Assembly (NCBI GenBank): GCA_963719945.1
Contig: CAVRDX010000001.1
Span: 192,001-256,000, forward strand
From: an uncultured Thermoplasmata archaeon
Lineage (GTDB): Archaea; Thermoplasmatota; Thermoplasmata; UBA10834
Direction: 5' to 3'
Length of the DNA: 64,000 nucleotides
Shown here one piece after another: positions 10,287 through 20,115 of the stretch (its first letter is position 1; the number at the start of each line of letters is the position of its first letter). A program made the position numbers and the translations under genes. Under the pieces are notes generated by a model that was not told the origin of the DNA, ran no database searches, and saw only the letters and a program-made list of their open reading frames with translations.

Positions 10287-11510
10287 ATGGACGCGTTCAT
10301 AAACTCTCTGCTTGACAGACTCCTAGAAGATGTCTGGTTCGAGCTCACGTTCCTTCTAGCAGTGGCCTTGGTCGCAGCGTTCCTTTTCACCAGGTTCGGC
10401 CAGCCAAAGGTGATCGGTTACATAGTAATCGGAGTCGTCATTGGCCCGAGCGTGCTCAGCATCATCCAGGGTGGCGCGGACGGCGAATCAGGACTCCCCG
10501 AATCGATCATGATGCTAGCCGAGATGGGCGCCATAATCCTATTGTTCATGATCGGGCTCGAATGCGACCTCAAGGAGATATACACGAGGAAATCCATAAT
10601 GATCGCATTGGGCGGAGTGATCGTCCCTTGGGTTGCTGGTTTCGGCACCGCCTATCTTTTCGGGTATGAGCTTGAGGCGGTGTTCATCGGAGCCACGCTC
10701 GTGGCGACCAGCGTCGCGGTCACGGCTAGCGTGATCGCGGAGCTCGGTCTGATAGGCACTCCAGTGGCTTATGCCATAGTTGGCGCGGCGGTCGTGGACG
10801 ACATACTCGGCATGGTCGTGCTGGGCATTTCCAAAAGCCTTGGCTCTGGTGAGTTCGATATGATCGGAATCGGCATCCTGGTCGTCGCAGCCGTTCTGTT
10901 CGTAGTACTTGGCGCGTGGATCGGGTCGAAGTTCCTTGCAAAATTGGTGTTCAATGTACAGATATCTGGTTATCGAAGGAAGATGCCCATGAGCGGGTTC
11001 ATACTCGCACTCGCGATCGCATTCTTGTATGCGTTCGTGGCAGAGGCCATTCAGATATCTGCGATCGTCGGTGCCTTCGTTGCTGGCACGGCCTTCTCGG
11101 GATCAGCTCTCAGGGACGGGTTCAGGAAGGGGACGCAGTATCTCGAAGCACTATTCGTCCCACTGTTCTTCGTATCATTGGGCACGGCCGTGAACCTCGG
11201 CTCGATGTGGGACATGATCCTTTTCGGTGTCGTCCTCACAGCGGTAGCGTTCGCGTCCAAGATAGTCGGATGTGCAATCCCCGCATATTATACTGGAATG
11301 AAGAAATGGGATGCCATATCTGTCGGTGTAGGGATGACACCAAGGCTCGAGATTGCGTTCATCATTGCATATTACGGACTCACGAAGAATCTGATTGGGG
11401 TGGATGTCTATTCAGTCATCGTGTTCATGGGGCTGGTAACTGCGCTGTTGGCTCCACCTATCCTCAAGCGTACACTAAAACGAGGGGGCCACAAGCCTAC
11501 AGGCATCTGA
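10287..11510 (+). CDS. Cation:proton antiporter, CPA2
   Basis: ~12 TM, ATSVAVT, AAVVDD, PRLEI motifs. Confidence 0.92.
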   Translation: MDAFINSLLDRLLEDVWFELTFLLAVALVAAFLFTRFGQPKVIGYIVIGVVIGPSVLSIIQGGADGESGLPESIMMLAEMGAIILLFMIGLECDLKEIYTRKSIMIALGGVIVPWVAGFGTAYLFGYELEAVFIGATLVATSVAVTASVIAELGLIGTPVAYAIVGAAVVDDILGMVVLGISKSLGSGEFDMIGIGILVVAAVLFVVLGAWIGSKFLAKLVFNVQISGYRRKMPMSGFILALAIAFLYAFVAEAIQISAIVGAFVAGTAFSGSALRDGFRKGTQYLEALFVPLFFVSLGTAVNLGSMWDMILFGVVLTAVAFASKIVGCAIPAYYTGMKKWDAISVGVGMTPRLEIAFIIAYYGLTKNLIGVDVYSVIVFMGLVTALLAPPILKRTLKRGGHKPTGI

Positions 11511-11518
11511 TCCATGCT

Positions 11519-11731
11519 TCAGTGCGATGCTGCTGCCATGGAGTCGCTGCTTGATCGATTCGCGAAGGCCCCGTTGTCTTCGCTGGATTCTGGGTCCGCA
11601 TGTCCCAGCGCCAGGAGAAACGCCCTTCCGAAGGCGATGGCGTTATCTCTGTGCCCTGCTTGAATCTCTTGCAGGAACGCCTTGCCGACCAAGAGCGCGA
11701 AACGCTCATCTTTTCTCATCATCTGACTCAT
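11519..11731 (-). CDS. Small hypothetical protein (70 aa)
   Basis: Fills the intergenic gap; AGGAG RBS and TTTTATA box ~40 nt upstream. Confidence 0.5.
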   Translation of the reverse strand: MSQMMRKDERFALLVGKAFLQEIQAGHRDNAIAFGRAFLLALGHADPESSEDNGAFANRSSSDSMAAASH

Positions 11732-11856
11732 CTGCTCCTTCTATGTTACAATATGTCTCCGCGAGCAGTATAAAAGGGGTGGGTGTGACAATCATGGTTG
11801 ATTCTCAGGCATGAGAAATGATGGTGGTTTCGTTCGAGGTTCCGCAGTCCGTCCAG

Positions 11857-13128
11857 TCATCCGATGACTTCGGTTCCCTTCATATATGGCCTCAAGACCT
11901 CGGGGACGGTGACCGTGCCGTCCTTGTTCTGGTAGTTCTCGAGTATGGATGTCATAGTCCTTGGAAGGGCTATCCCGGAACCATTCAGTGTATGGATGAA
12001 TTCGCTCTTGAGGTGTGGCTCCCGCCTGAATTTTATCATTGCTCTCCGCGCCTGGAAATCCTTGAAGTCACTACACGACGAGACCTCGAGCCACTGGTCC
12101 ATTCCTGAAGCGTATGTCTCGATATCGTAGGTCTTCGATGAATGGAATCCGGTATCACCTGTGCAGAGCAACTTGACCCTATAGGGGAGTTTCAGTCCCT
12201 GAACGACCGCTTCGGCGTCCGAAAGCAGTTTCTCAAGCTCCTGCGGAGATGTCTCAGGGACAACGAACTTCACCATCTCAACCTTGTTGAACTGGTGGAC
12301 CCTCGCTATCCCCTTCGTTTCAATGTGCTTCCCAGCTTCTCTCCTGAACGACGGAAGATATGCAGTATGATAGATTGGCAGATCCTTGCCTTCGAGTATC
12401 TCATCGCTGTACAGATTCGTGACGGGCACCTCTGCGGTCGGGTTGAGCCAGAGGTCGTCCCTCTCTATCCAGTACATATCGTCTTCCATCTTCGGAAGCT
12501 GACCCGTGCCTATGCAACTCTTCCTGTTGATTACGACTGGTGGGAAGATCTCGATATATCCCTGATCTCGGTGCAGATCCAGCATGTAGTTGATGAGGGC
12601 GCGCTCAAGTCGAGCTCCATCTCCCTTCAGCACATAGAATCCAGTGCCGGTTATCTTGACCCCACGGTCGAAATCTATGATCCCCAGCTTCTCGCCGATC
12701 TCCCAATGGGGTAGTGGCTTGAAATCGAACTTGCGTATGGTCCCCCACTCCTTCACGGTGGGGTTGTCGTCCGCGCTCTTGCCGACTGGTACACTAGGGT
12801 CCGGCATGTTAGGCATGTTGAGCAAGAGTTCGTCTCGTTCCGACTCTATCTTGCGCACTCCATCCTCGATCTCCTTGATGCGCTGGGCTATGGCCTTCAT
12901 CTCGGCTATCTTGGCCGCCTTTTCTTCTTTGTCGAGTTTCGGTATCTGCTCGGACACTTCATTCCTTGTGCGTCTGAGGCCATTGCCCTCTTCGATGAGT
13001 TCTCGCCACTTCGCATCAAGGCTGAGGAACTGCTCCAGTATGGACTCGTCGAAGTTCCTGTTCTTCAACGATTGTCTGACTGCAGCCTCGTTCTCCCGTA
13101 TGAATCTGGCATCGAGCATCCGTATCAC
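11857..13128 (-). CDS. serS: Seryl-tRNA synthetase (standard type)
   Basis: N-terminal coiled coil, PTAEVP, FRREAG, RVHQFNKVE, HTLNGSG. Confidence 0.97.
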   Translation of the reverse strand: MIRMLDARFIRENEAAVRQSLKNRNFDESILEQFLSLDAKWRELIEEGNGLRRTRNEVSEQIPKLDKEEKAAKIAEMKAIAQRIKEIEDGVRKIESERDELLLNMPNMPDPSVPVGKSADDNPTVKEWGTIRKFDFKPLPHWEIGEKLGIIDFDRGVKITGTGFYVLKGDGARLERALINYMLDLHRDQGYIEIFPPVVINRKSCIGTGQLPKMEDDMYWIERDDLWLNPTAEVPVTNLYSDEILEGKDLPIYHTAYLPSFRREAGKHIETKGIARVHQFNKVEMVKFVVPETSPQELEKLLSDAEAVVQGLKLPYRVKLLCTGDTGFHSSKTYDIETYASGMDQWLEVSSCSDFKDFQARRAMIKFRREPHLKSEFIHTLNGSGIALPRTMTSILENYQNKDGTVTVPEVLRPYMKGTEVIG

Positions 13129-13200
13129 CCATGTTCAGGTTATTTGTCAATGACCTAGTTCGTATATAAAGTGTGAGCAGCGCAGAATATCTGGCATGTC

Positions 13201-13479
13201 TCATTCCTTGGCGAGGACCACGGTCCTTCCTCTCACTTCGATCATGACAGCGTCCGCAGCCTCTGCCAAGCGAGTGCCGGCCTCACGGCGGTCCATCTCC
13301 ATGTTCTGCAATAATCGGACCTTCACGATCTTATGCTTCTTGAGCTGTTTGGATACCTCGGCCACGATGCTCTCCGTTATCCCTTCCTTGCCGATGTGGA
13401 TCGACGGCTCCAGCTTCTGGGCCCTTCCTTTGATTCTCTTTACCATCTTCTTATCCATCGTATCATGCTCCCTCGACAT
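13201..13479 (-). CDS. YhbY/CRM-domain RNA-binding protein
   Basis: AQKLEPSIHIGKEGIT...KIVKVRLL...RGRTVVL. Confidence 0.9.
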   Translation of the reverse strand: MSREHDTMDKKMVKRIKGRAQKLEPSIHIGKEGITESIVAEVSKQLKKHKIVKVRLLQNMEMDRREAGTRLAEAADAVMIEVRGRTVVLAKE

Positions 13480-13789
13480 TCTTGGGCTTCAGCGGATATC
13501 TGAGGACATTGCCGCAGGATAGACAGGTCATTGCAACATTGCCAGACCTCGTCCTCACCCTCACATTCCTTGGAGGTGTGAAGAACACATGGCACTCTGG
13601 GCAGTATTTCCTCTTGTGCCTTGCCCTGACCTTGTGTCTCTCATTCATCTTCAGAGCCAGGCCCACGTACCTTCGGGCTCTCTCGTCATTTCCGACGAGC
13701 GCCTCCTTTTCTGCGAGTTCGAAGAGTCTATCTACTCTCTCTTCGGCTATGCTTCTCGCATCACTCTTGCTAAGGTGCCTTCGGGCCAT
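13463..13789 (-). CDS. rnp4: Ribonuclease P protein component 4 (Rpp21)
   Basis: IAEERVDRLF, ARRYV, two CxxC zinc motifs. Confidence 0.93.
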   Translation of the reverse strand: MARRHLSKSDARSIAEERVDRLFELAEKEALVGNDERARRYVGLALKMNERHKVRARHKRKYCPECHVFFTPPRNVRVRTRSGNVAMTCLSCGNVLRYPLKPKNVEGA

Positions 13790-13952
13790 ATCATACGTGG
13801 GAATGTGGTAGTCTTAGATAATCATATCCGGACAATTCACGCATGCCAGAACCCTTGGACAGCATCTAAATCAAAAGGCCGCTGTCAGTGAGGTTTAAAT
13901 ATGACTACCATTATCCCGCAAACCTGATAGAACAATCGAACCAGGTGTTATA

Positions 13953-14468
13953 ATGTCACGCAAGCCAGGAAGCATGTACAGGGAAATAAAAGGGCAGGCC
14001 TACTGCCGCAGAGAGTACATGGGCGGCGTTCCAGCATCGAGGATCACCCAGTTCGAACACGGCGTGAAGGCGGACTATCCCGTAAGGATAACGCTCAGGG
14101 CCGTGGAACAGTGCCAGATCAGACACATAGCTCTCGAGGCTGCGCGTATATCTGCCAACAGATTGCTCTCGAAGAAGATTGGCACGACTGGCTATCACCT
14201 CAAGATCAGGGTCTACCCTCACCAGGTGCTGAGAGAGAACAAGATTGCGACCGGTGCGGGAGCAGACCGTATATCCGAAGGGATGAGAGCGGCTTTCGGG
14301 AAGCCCATAGGGACTGCGGCAAGGATTCAGCCCGACCAGCAGATCATCACGCTCGAGACGACCGCGAATCACTTCGTCACCGCGAAGCTCGCGCTGAAGA
14401 GGGCAGCCATCAAATTGCCTACGCCCTGCTATATCGAAGTGGAGAAGGGTCCCGGAGCGGCCAAGTGA
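13953..14468 (+). CDS. rpl10e: 50S ribosomal protein L10e (uL16)
   Basis: RKPGSMYR, QIRHIALEAARI, AGADRISEGMRAAFGKP. Confidence 0.97.
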   Translation: MSRKPGSMYREIKGQAYCRREYMGGVPASRITQFEHGVKADYPVRITLRAVEQCQIRHIALEAARISANRLLSKKIGTTGYHLKIRVYPHQVLRENKIATGAGADRISEGMRAAFGKPIGTAARIQPDQQIITLETTANHFVTAKLALKRAAIKLPTPCYIEVEKGPGAAK

Positions 14469-14593
14469 TTTCATCTGAGCCGGGGCGATTCCGCACAATG
14501 TTTTTTACCATTGGTCTCTGTATCCCCAAATGTGCATCGGTGCGAGTGATTTGATTTATGCACAGACGTGAGTTGAGAATGGGGTGAGGATGT

Positions 14594-15589
14594 TTGTACG
14601 ATGTTGACCTCGCCAGCGCGATATCCGAGATAAAACGACTGAAGGTCAGAGTCGTCGCTCTGCAGGTCCCTGAAGGGCTGAAGCGGAGGGCGTATCAATA
14701 TGCCGAGGACATAGAGAACAAATCGGGCGCAGAGGTCGTGGTAGTGGCTGAGCCTTGTTTCGGGGCCTGCGACGTGCCCAGCTCACTTTTCGACCTGGTC
14801 GATGCCGTAATCAATGTGGGGCATTCCTCTATCCCCTCCATCAAATTCGTGAAGCCCGTCATATTCGTCCCCGCAAGGTCCAATGTTCCGTTGATAGACC
14901 AGCTCAAGAAATCCGTTGACATGCTCACCGAACCGGTCGGTGTCCTGGCGACGACCCCTCATCTGACGGACCTAGAGCCAGTGATCGAAGGTTTGGAGAG
15001 TCTGGGCCTGAAGGTCAAACTGGGTGAAGGCGATACCAGGATATCACATGCGGGAGAAGTGCTGGGGTGCAATTACACGTCGGCGTTGTCCATCGGGAAG
15101 GATGTAAACAGCTATCTCCTGATCGGATCGGGGACATTCCACGCGCTTGGCGTACATCTCGCCACGGGCAAGAAAGTGGTTGTCTTGGACCCCAACCTCG
15201 ACGCGCCTCAAGAGATTGACCAGATAAAGGACAGGATGCTGAGGCAGAGACACGCAGTGATTGAGAAGGCTCAGCGAGCACGCACATTCGGGATAATCAT
15301 CGGAGAGAAGATCGGACAGCGTCGGCTCAGACGCGCACGCGAGCTGCGCAAACTCCTGCGGTGGAAGAAGAGGGATGCTGTTCTGATCATGATGGACAAG
15401 TTCGATCCGGATAAGTTGAAATCGCTGGGCTTCGATGCATATGTGTCAACTGCCTGTCCGAGGATTGCAGTCGATGATGTCGCCATGTACGACAAGCCGC
15501 TTCTTACCCCTCAGGAACTCGAGATAGTCCTTGGGGTGCGGGAGTGGGAGAACTACGTCTTCGACCAGATGACCGACGACGAATTCTGA
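14594..15589 (+). CDS. dph2: Diphthamide biosynthesis enzyme Dph2
   Basis: LQVPEGLK, CFGACD, VLGCN, TACPRI. Confidence 0.95.
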   Translation: MYDVDLASAISEIKRLKVRVVALQVPEGLKRRAYQYAEDIENKSGAEVVVVAEPCFGACDVPSSLFDLVDAVINVGHSSIPSIKFVKPVIFVPARSNVPLIDQLKKSVDMLTEPVGVLATTPHLTDLEPVIEGLESLGLKVKLGEGDTRISHAGEVLGCNYTSALSIGKDVNSYLLIGSGTFHALGVHLATGKKVVVLDPNLDAPQEIDQIKDRMLRQRHAVIEKAQRARTFGIIIGEKIGQRRLRRARELRKLLRWKKRDAVLIMMDKFDPDKLKSLGFDAYVSTACPRIAVDDVAMYDKPLLTPQELEIVLGVREWENYVFDQMTDDEF

Positions 15590-15593
15590 ATGG

Positions 15594-16358
15594 TTGGTGC
15601 TGGACCTGATCGATATCGACGCCCTTCTCAGGCGGGGATGTGAATCCCATGCTCGGATAGGGATAGGTGCCTCCAAGGAGCTATTTGAATCCACAAGATC
15701 GCGTCTCGCATCGAAGGCATGCACTATCGAACTAGTTCGATTCGACTCACCTGAGGAGCTCGTCCGCGCACTATCGTCTGAAGACGTCGATGCTGCAGTC
15801 CGTGGCACTCTTCCTTCGTCCTCTCTGCTATCCGAGCTGAAGTCCTCGTTCGACCTGTCTGAGATCATGCGAACTGCGATAATGCGTACTTTGGACGACC
15901 GCACTTTTATGCTCACACCTGTCGGAATAGACGAAGGAAAGAATGCTTTTTTGAAAATGTCACTGATTCGAACCACCATTGACTATTTCTCTCGCGCCGG
16001 CTGGTCTCTTTCGGTCGGTGTTCTGTCCAAGGGCCGCATGGATGACGTGCACAGGGGAGAGGAGATCGAGCGCAGCATCACGGAAGGCGTGGAGATGGTC
16101 AAGGCCCTTCGGTCGGAAGGGGTCGACGCCGAGCATTATGCGATACTGTTGGAGAAGGCTCTAGGTGAGAGGGATATCATAGTTGCCCCCGATGGAATCT
16201 CGGGCAATCTCATATTCCGCGCCCTGCACCTCATTGGAGGCTGCGAGGCTTTCGGCGCACCCGTCGTCAATATGGACGCGATTTTTGTCGACACTTCCAG
16301 GGCGAAATCCGACTTCTCGGACGCGGTGATGCTGGCTGCCGGCCTGAAACTTTTATAA
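15594..16358 (+). CDS. MtxX / methanogenesis marker protein 4 family (phosphotransacetylase-like fold)
   Basis: DAAVRGTL, PVGIDEG, SKGR.DD, APDGISGNLIFRAL, GAPV, FVDTSRA. Confidence 0.8.
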   Translation: MVLDLIDIDALLRRGCESHARIGIGASKELFESTRSRLASKACTIELVRFDSPEELVRALSSEDVDAAVRGTLPSSSLLSELKSSFDLSEIMRTAIMRTLDDRTFMLTPVGIDEGKNAFLKMSLIRTTIDYFSRAGWSLSVGVLSKGRMDDVHRGEEIERSITEGVEMVKALRSEGVDAEHYAILLEKALGERDIIVAPDGISGNLIFRALHLIGGCEAFGAPVVNMDAIFVDTSRAKSDFSDAVMLAAGLKLL

Positions 16359-16382
16359 TGCCCCCTGAGCTATCCCATCACG

Positions 16383-16850
16383 ATGAGGCTTGAGATTAAC
16401 GGCTGGAGTTCGAAGATAACATTCTCCGCGACTCATATCATTCCCGGACATCAGAAGTGCGGTCGCCTGCACGGACACGATTATGCCATAAACGCAGCAG
16501 TCTTCGGCGTGGTAGGGGTCGGAGGCGTCATTGTGGATTTCATCAGCCTTAAGGAGTTCTTGAGGGGCGTGGCCAATGAACTCGACCACAAGATCCTGAT
16601 CCCGATGAAGGACACTTCGGTCGAGATATCAGGCGATACTGTGAGATACACTGCTTGTGGGAAGCACTACAGCTTCCCGAAGGTCGACTGCGCTCTCCTG
16701 GACCTGGAGGTTGCCTCCGCAGAAGGGTTGGCTGAATACGTCCTCAGGACCTTGTTGAGCAAGATGAAGTTCCCAGCTAATGTCAAACGTGTGGAACTCG
16801 GAGTGGATGAGGGTAGGGGTCAAGGTGTCTGGACCGGCCTTGATTTGTGA
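16383..16850 (+). CDS. queD: 6-carboxy-5,6,7,8-tetrahydropterin synthase
   Basis: FSATH, CGRLHGH, LDHK. Confidence 0.92.
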   Translation: MRLEINGWSSKITFSATHIIPGHQKCGRLHGHDYAINAAVFGVVGVGGVIVDFISLKEFLRGVANELDHKILIPMKDTSVEISGDTVRYTACGKHYSFPKVDCALLDLEVASAEGLAEYVLRTLLSKMKFPANVKRVELGVDEGRGQGVWTGLDL

Positions 16851-16868
16851 ACCTGGCGGTGATGAAAG

Positions 16869-17555
16869 ATGACGAAATCGGTCGTCTTGCTTTCTGGAGG
16901 GCTCGACTCTTCCACGGTCCTCGCTATCGCCAGAAGCAGAGGTCTCGATGTGATTGCCTTGACATTTGATTATGGTCAGAGGCACGTTCGAGAGATAGAG
17001 AGTGCTCGAAAGGTCGCGTCCTATCTTGGTTGTTCTGATCATCTGATCATTCATCTCCCTATCGGGGAGTTGCTATCTGGCTCCCTCACAGATCCTGGTG
17101 AGAAGGTGCCGGAAGGCAGAACTCCGAGCGAGATGACGAACGGCATCCCAAACACCTACGTCCCAGCCAGGAACATCATATTCCTCAGCATAGGTGCATC
17201 CATAGCTGAGAGCATGGGCGCGGAATCCATATTCATCGCGGCAAACGCGGTGGACTACAGCGGGTATCCTGATTGTACCCCCGAGTTCATAGAATCGTTC
17301 CAGAGGATGCTCGATGTTGGCACCAAGGTCGGAAGGGCGGGTCGTGGAACAAGGGTCGAAGCTCCGATAATCAAGATGTCGAAGGGTGATATCGTGCGGA
17401 CCGCATCGCAGCTCGGCGTACCGTTGGAACTGACTTGGAGCTGCTACAATGGGAACGAGAAGGCATGCGGTAGGTGCGATTCCTGCACTCTCAGGCTCCA
17501 GGGATTCTCGGAAGCTGGCTTAAATGACCCATTAGAGTACGAGGTGATTGAATGA
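16869..17555 (+). CDS. queC: 7-cyano-7-deazaguanine synthase
   Basis: SGGLDS, YGQRH, TYVPARN, YPDC, SCY..CGRCDSC. Confidence 0.96.
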   Translation: MTKSVVLLSGGLDSSTVLAIARSRGLDVIALTFDYGQRHVREIESARKVASYLGCSDHLIIHLPIGELLSGSLTDPGEKVPEGRTPSEMTNGIPNTYVPARNIIFLSIGASIAESMGAESIFIAANAVDYSGYPDCTPEFIESFQRMLDVGTKVGRAGRGTRVEAPIIKMSKGDIVRTASQLGVPLELTWSCYNGNEKACGRCDSCTLRLQGFSEAGLNDPLEYEVIE

Positions 17556-18181
17556 AGGTTTACTCGATATTCAGATCGATACAAGGTGAGGGAATTACGA
17601 TGGGCGCACCGACGACTTTCATAAGGACATCAGGCTGCCCCCTTAGATGCACCTACTGCGATACGCCGCAGGCTTTCGACAAAGGCAAAGAGATGACCAT
17701 TGAATCTATACTAGCCGATGTGGAGGAAAACAGAACCTCGCACGTCTGCCTTACAGGCGGTGAGCCATTGGCTCAGAAGGAATCTATCCAGCTCGTGGAG
17801 GCGATCCTGAACCAGGGCTATCACCTGGTGCTCGAGACAAACGGTGCTATGCCATTGGATGACCTCCCCTGTGTCGAGAATCTCACCATCAGCATGGATA
17901 TCAAGGGCCCTTCCTCCGGTGAATCGGATAAGATGTTGTTCTCGAATATCGAAATGCTCGGTCCTTCTGATCAGCTGAAGTTCATCATCTCTGACGAGGC
18001 CGATTACGCGTATGCCAAGGACGTCATCCGGAAGTACTCCCCGAAGTGCGAGATCATAATCACACCGGTCGGAGGGACCGACCTCAAATGGTTGGCGGAG
18101 ATCGTGCTCGAGGACCGTCTTGACGCGCGCGTCATGCCTCAATTGCACAAGATCATCTGGGGCGATGAGGACAACAAGTGA
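17552..18181 (+). CDS. queE: 7-carboxy-7-deazaguanine synthase (radical SAM)
   Basis: SIQGEG, CPLRCTYCDT, TGGEP, PQLHK. Confidence 0.95.
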   Translation: MKVYSIFRSIQGEGITMGAPTTFIRTSGCPLRCTYCDTPQAFDKGKEMTIESILADVEENRTSHVCLTGGEPLAQKESIQLVEAILNQGYHLVLETNGAMPLDDLPCVENLTISMDIKGPSSGESDKMLFSNIEMLGPSDQLKFIISDEADYAYAKDVIRKYSPKCEIIITPVGGTDLKWLAEIVLEDRLDARVMPQLHKIIWGDEDNK

Positions 18182-18187
18182 TGCCGG

Positions 18188-20026
18188 TCAGCCTCGGAAC
18201 ACCGGCCTTTTGGACAGCATCCTGGGAAGAGGCAGTCTGGCCTTCGGGTAGCTGCCGGACAATCTCTCGATCTCTTTCGCGAGTTCCTCTTTAGTCATCT
18301 CCTTCATCTCGCCGGATCTGAATCTGATTGGTATCTTCTCTGATGCGCGTTCCTTTTCTCCGAGCACGATTATGATCGGGATCCATTCCCTTTCGGCGTT
18401 CCTGATCTTCTTGCCGACCTTATCGTCCGTGTCGTCGATATCCACTCTTCCGGGAATGGATTCAGCCAACTTCTCGCAGTCCTCGATGAATTCCTGGCCC
18501 ACAGGCAGAATCCTCACCTGGGTTGGAGAGAGCCAGAATGGCAGGCTCGGCTTCTCGTGCTTGAGTGCCTCCTCGAGGAGCACGTAGATCCACCTCTCTA
18601 TTGAGCCGATGGACGAATGGCATATGATGCACCCTTTCTTCTTGCCCTCGTCATCCGTGTACACGATTCCGTATCTCTCCGCATCTGCGACATCCAATTG
18701 GACCGTGCTTAGCTGGACGGCACCTCCGACAGAATCGATCCCCTGGAATTCATGCTTGACCGCCCAGTAGTGCTTCATCTCCGAGAGCACTTCGATCAGA
18801 GCGGGTTTATTTGAATACTTCAGCAGTTCGATTATGTGTTCCTTGTACTTGTCGTAGAACTCCTTGACCACTCGGAACGCCACTGCGTATTCGACACCTG
18901 TTCCGTCCGCTAGGTCCGCGTAGTTCCTGTACAGGAGCATGTACTCCTTCCAACCCTCGTCGATGTCCTTTACGAAGCAATGAATATCCGGCATGTGGAA
19001 CGCTCTCAGGCGCTTGAGGCCTGTGAGCTCGCCCCTCTGCTCCAGCCGGAAACTCTTCGAGAACTCGTATATCCTCAGTGGGAGGTTCTTGTAGCTGACA
19101 GTCGCCCCCTTCATCATCCTGAACAATCCGAAATCGCCAGCGAATCTGAGCACGAACTCTCTCTTCTCATCAGTCTTCAGCGTGTAATGCCGCTCATGGA
19201 ACGACATCCCCTGGCTCCGAATGTCTGGCATAGACCAATCGTATAGGATGGGCGTGTCGATCTGCATGGCGCCTACTTTATCGAGGGCGATCTGCTCCGC
19301 CCAACTCTCAAGCAGGCTGAATATGAGGTGCCCTTTCGGGAACATCCTGAAATGCCCTCGATCGCTCGCTTCCTCATAGTCAACGAGCTCCAATCTCTGC
19401 ATCGCTTTGATTGATGGGGGCTCGACACCCTTTGTCCGGCCGACCTCCTCTGATATTACAAAAGTCTTCAGAGAAGGGTATTTGTCGAGTATATGGGCGG
19501 ATTCGATATTCTCAAAATCGATCCGATGCTCCTCTCCTTCGGGCGTGAGGATGAGGAACTCGCTCCTGATCTTCTCCACGATCTCTTCTCGTGTGACCTT
19601 CTCATCGACCGAGAACTCTCTCGAAAGCTCAGATAGTGGGTGTCCCTTGCAGCTGATCTTGAACGCTTTATACCATCCGAAAGGCGATCTGTGGATATCG
19701 ATCCCTTTAGTGGCTACGGCTGCCTCGGTGGCTTTCAGCACTTCGATCGCTTTGTCCGGGGTCGCTAGGTCTGAGCTCAGATGTGCGTATGGGTAGAGCA
19801 CAACGCTCCTGGCCTCGACTTTTCCGAACACTTCGGCAATATCGTCAGCGGCTACCGATGCTATCGCTTCTGCATTATCATCTGAGGATTCGACCGTGGC
19901 GAAGACCACCAATGGCTCATCGAAGGAATGCCTTTTGGGCTGACCTTCGGCCAATTTCTCGGCCATCTTCGTCGGGTCCTTGACTTCGTATTGGAAGCTG
20001 TCTGCATGAATGAGGAGTACCCTCAT
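18188..20026 (-). CDS. thrS: Threonyl-tRNA synthetase (archaeal type with N-terminal editing domain)
   Basis: YPYAHLS, PFGWYKAF.ISCKGHPLSELSR, RAFHMPDIH, HSSIGSIER. Confidence 0.97.
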   Translation of the reverse strand: MRVLLIHADSFQYEVKDPTKMAEKLAEGQPKRHSFDEPLVVFATVESSDDNAEAIASVAADDIAEVFGKVEARSVVLYPYAHLSSDLATPDKAIEVLKATEAAVATKGIDIHRSPFGWYKAFKISCKGHPLSELSREFSVDEKVTREEIVEKIRSEFLILTPEGEEHRIDFENIESAHILDKYPSLKTFVISEEVGRTKGVEPPSIKAMQRLELVDYEEASDRGHFRMFPKGHLIFSLLESWAEQIALDKVGAMQIDTPILYDWSMPDIRSQGMSFHERHYTLKTDEKREFVLRFAGDFGLFRMMKGATVSYKNLPLRIYEFSKSFRLEQRGELTGLKRLRAFHMPDIHCFVKDIDEGWKEYMLLYRNYADLADGTGVEYAVAFRVVKEFYDKYKEHIIELLKYSNKPALIEVLSEMKHYWAVKHEFQGIDSVGGAVQLSTVQLDVADAERYGIVYTDDEGKKKGCIICHSSIGSIERWIYVLLEEALKHEKPSLPFWLSPTQVRILPVGQEFIEDCEKLAESIPGRVDIDDTDDKVGKKIRNAEREWIPIIIVLGEKERASEKIPIRFRSGEMKEMTKEELAKEIERLSGSYPKARLPLPRMLSKRPVFRG

Positions 20027-20115
20027 GGTAACCGGCGTGAAATGACTAGCTGGGTATTAAAATGATTCATTTGCCTGTGGCGACTCGCTAATCCCTAGAG
20101 AAATATTCATGCTCC

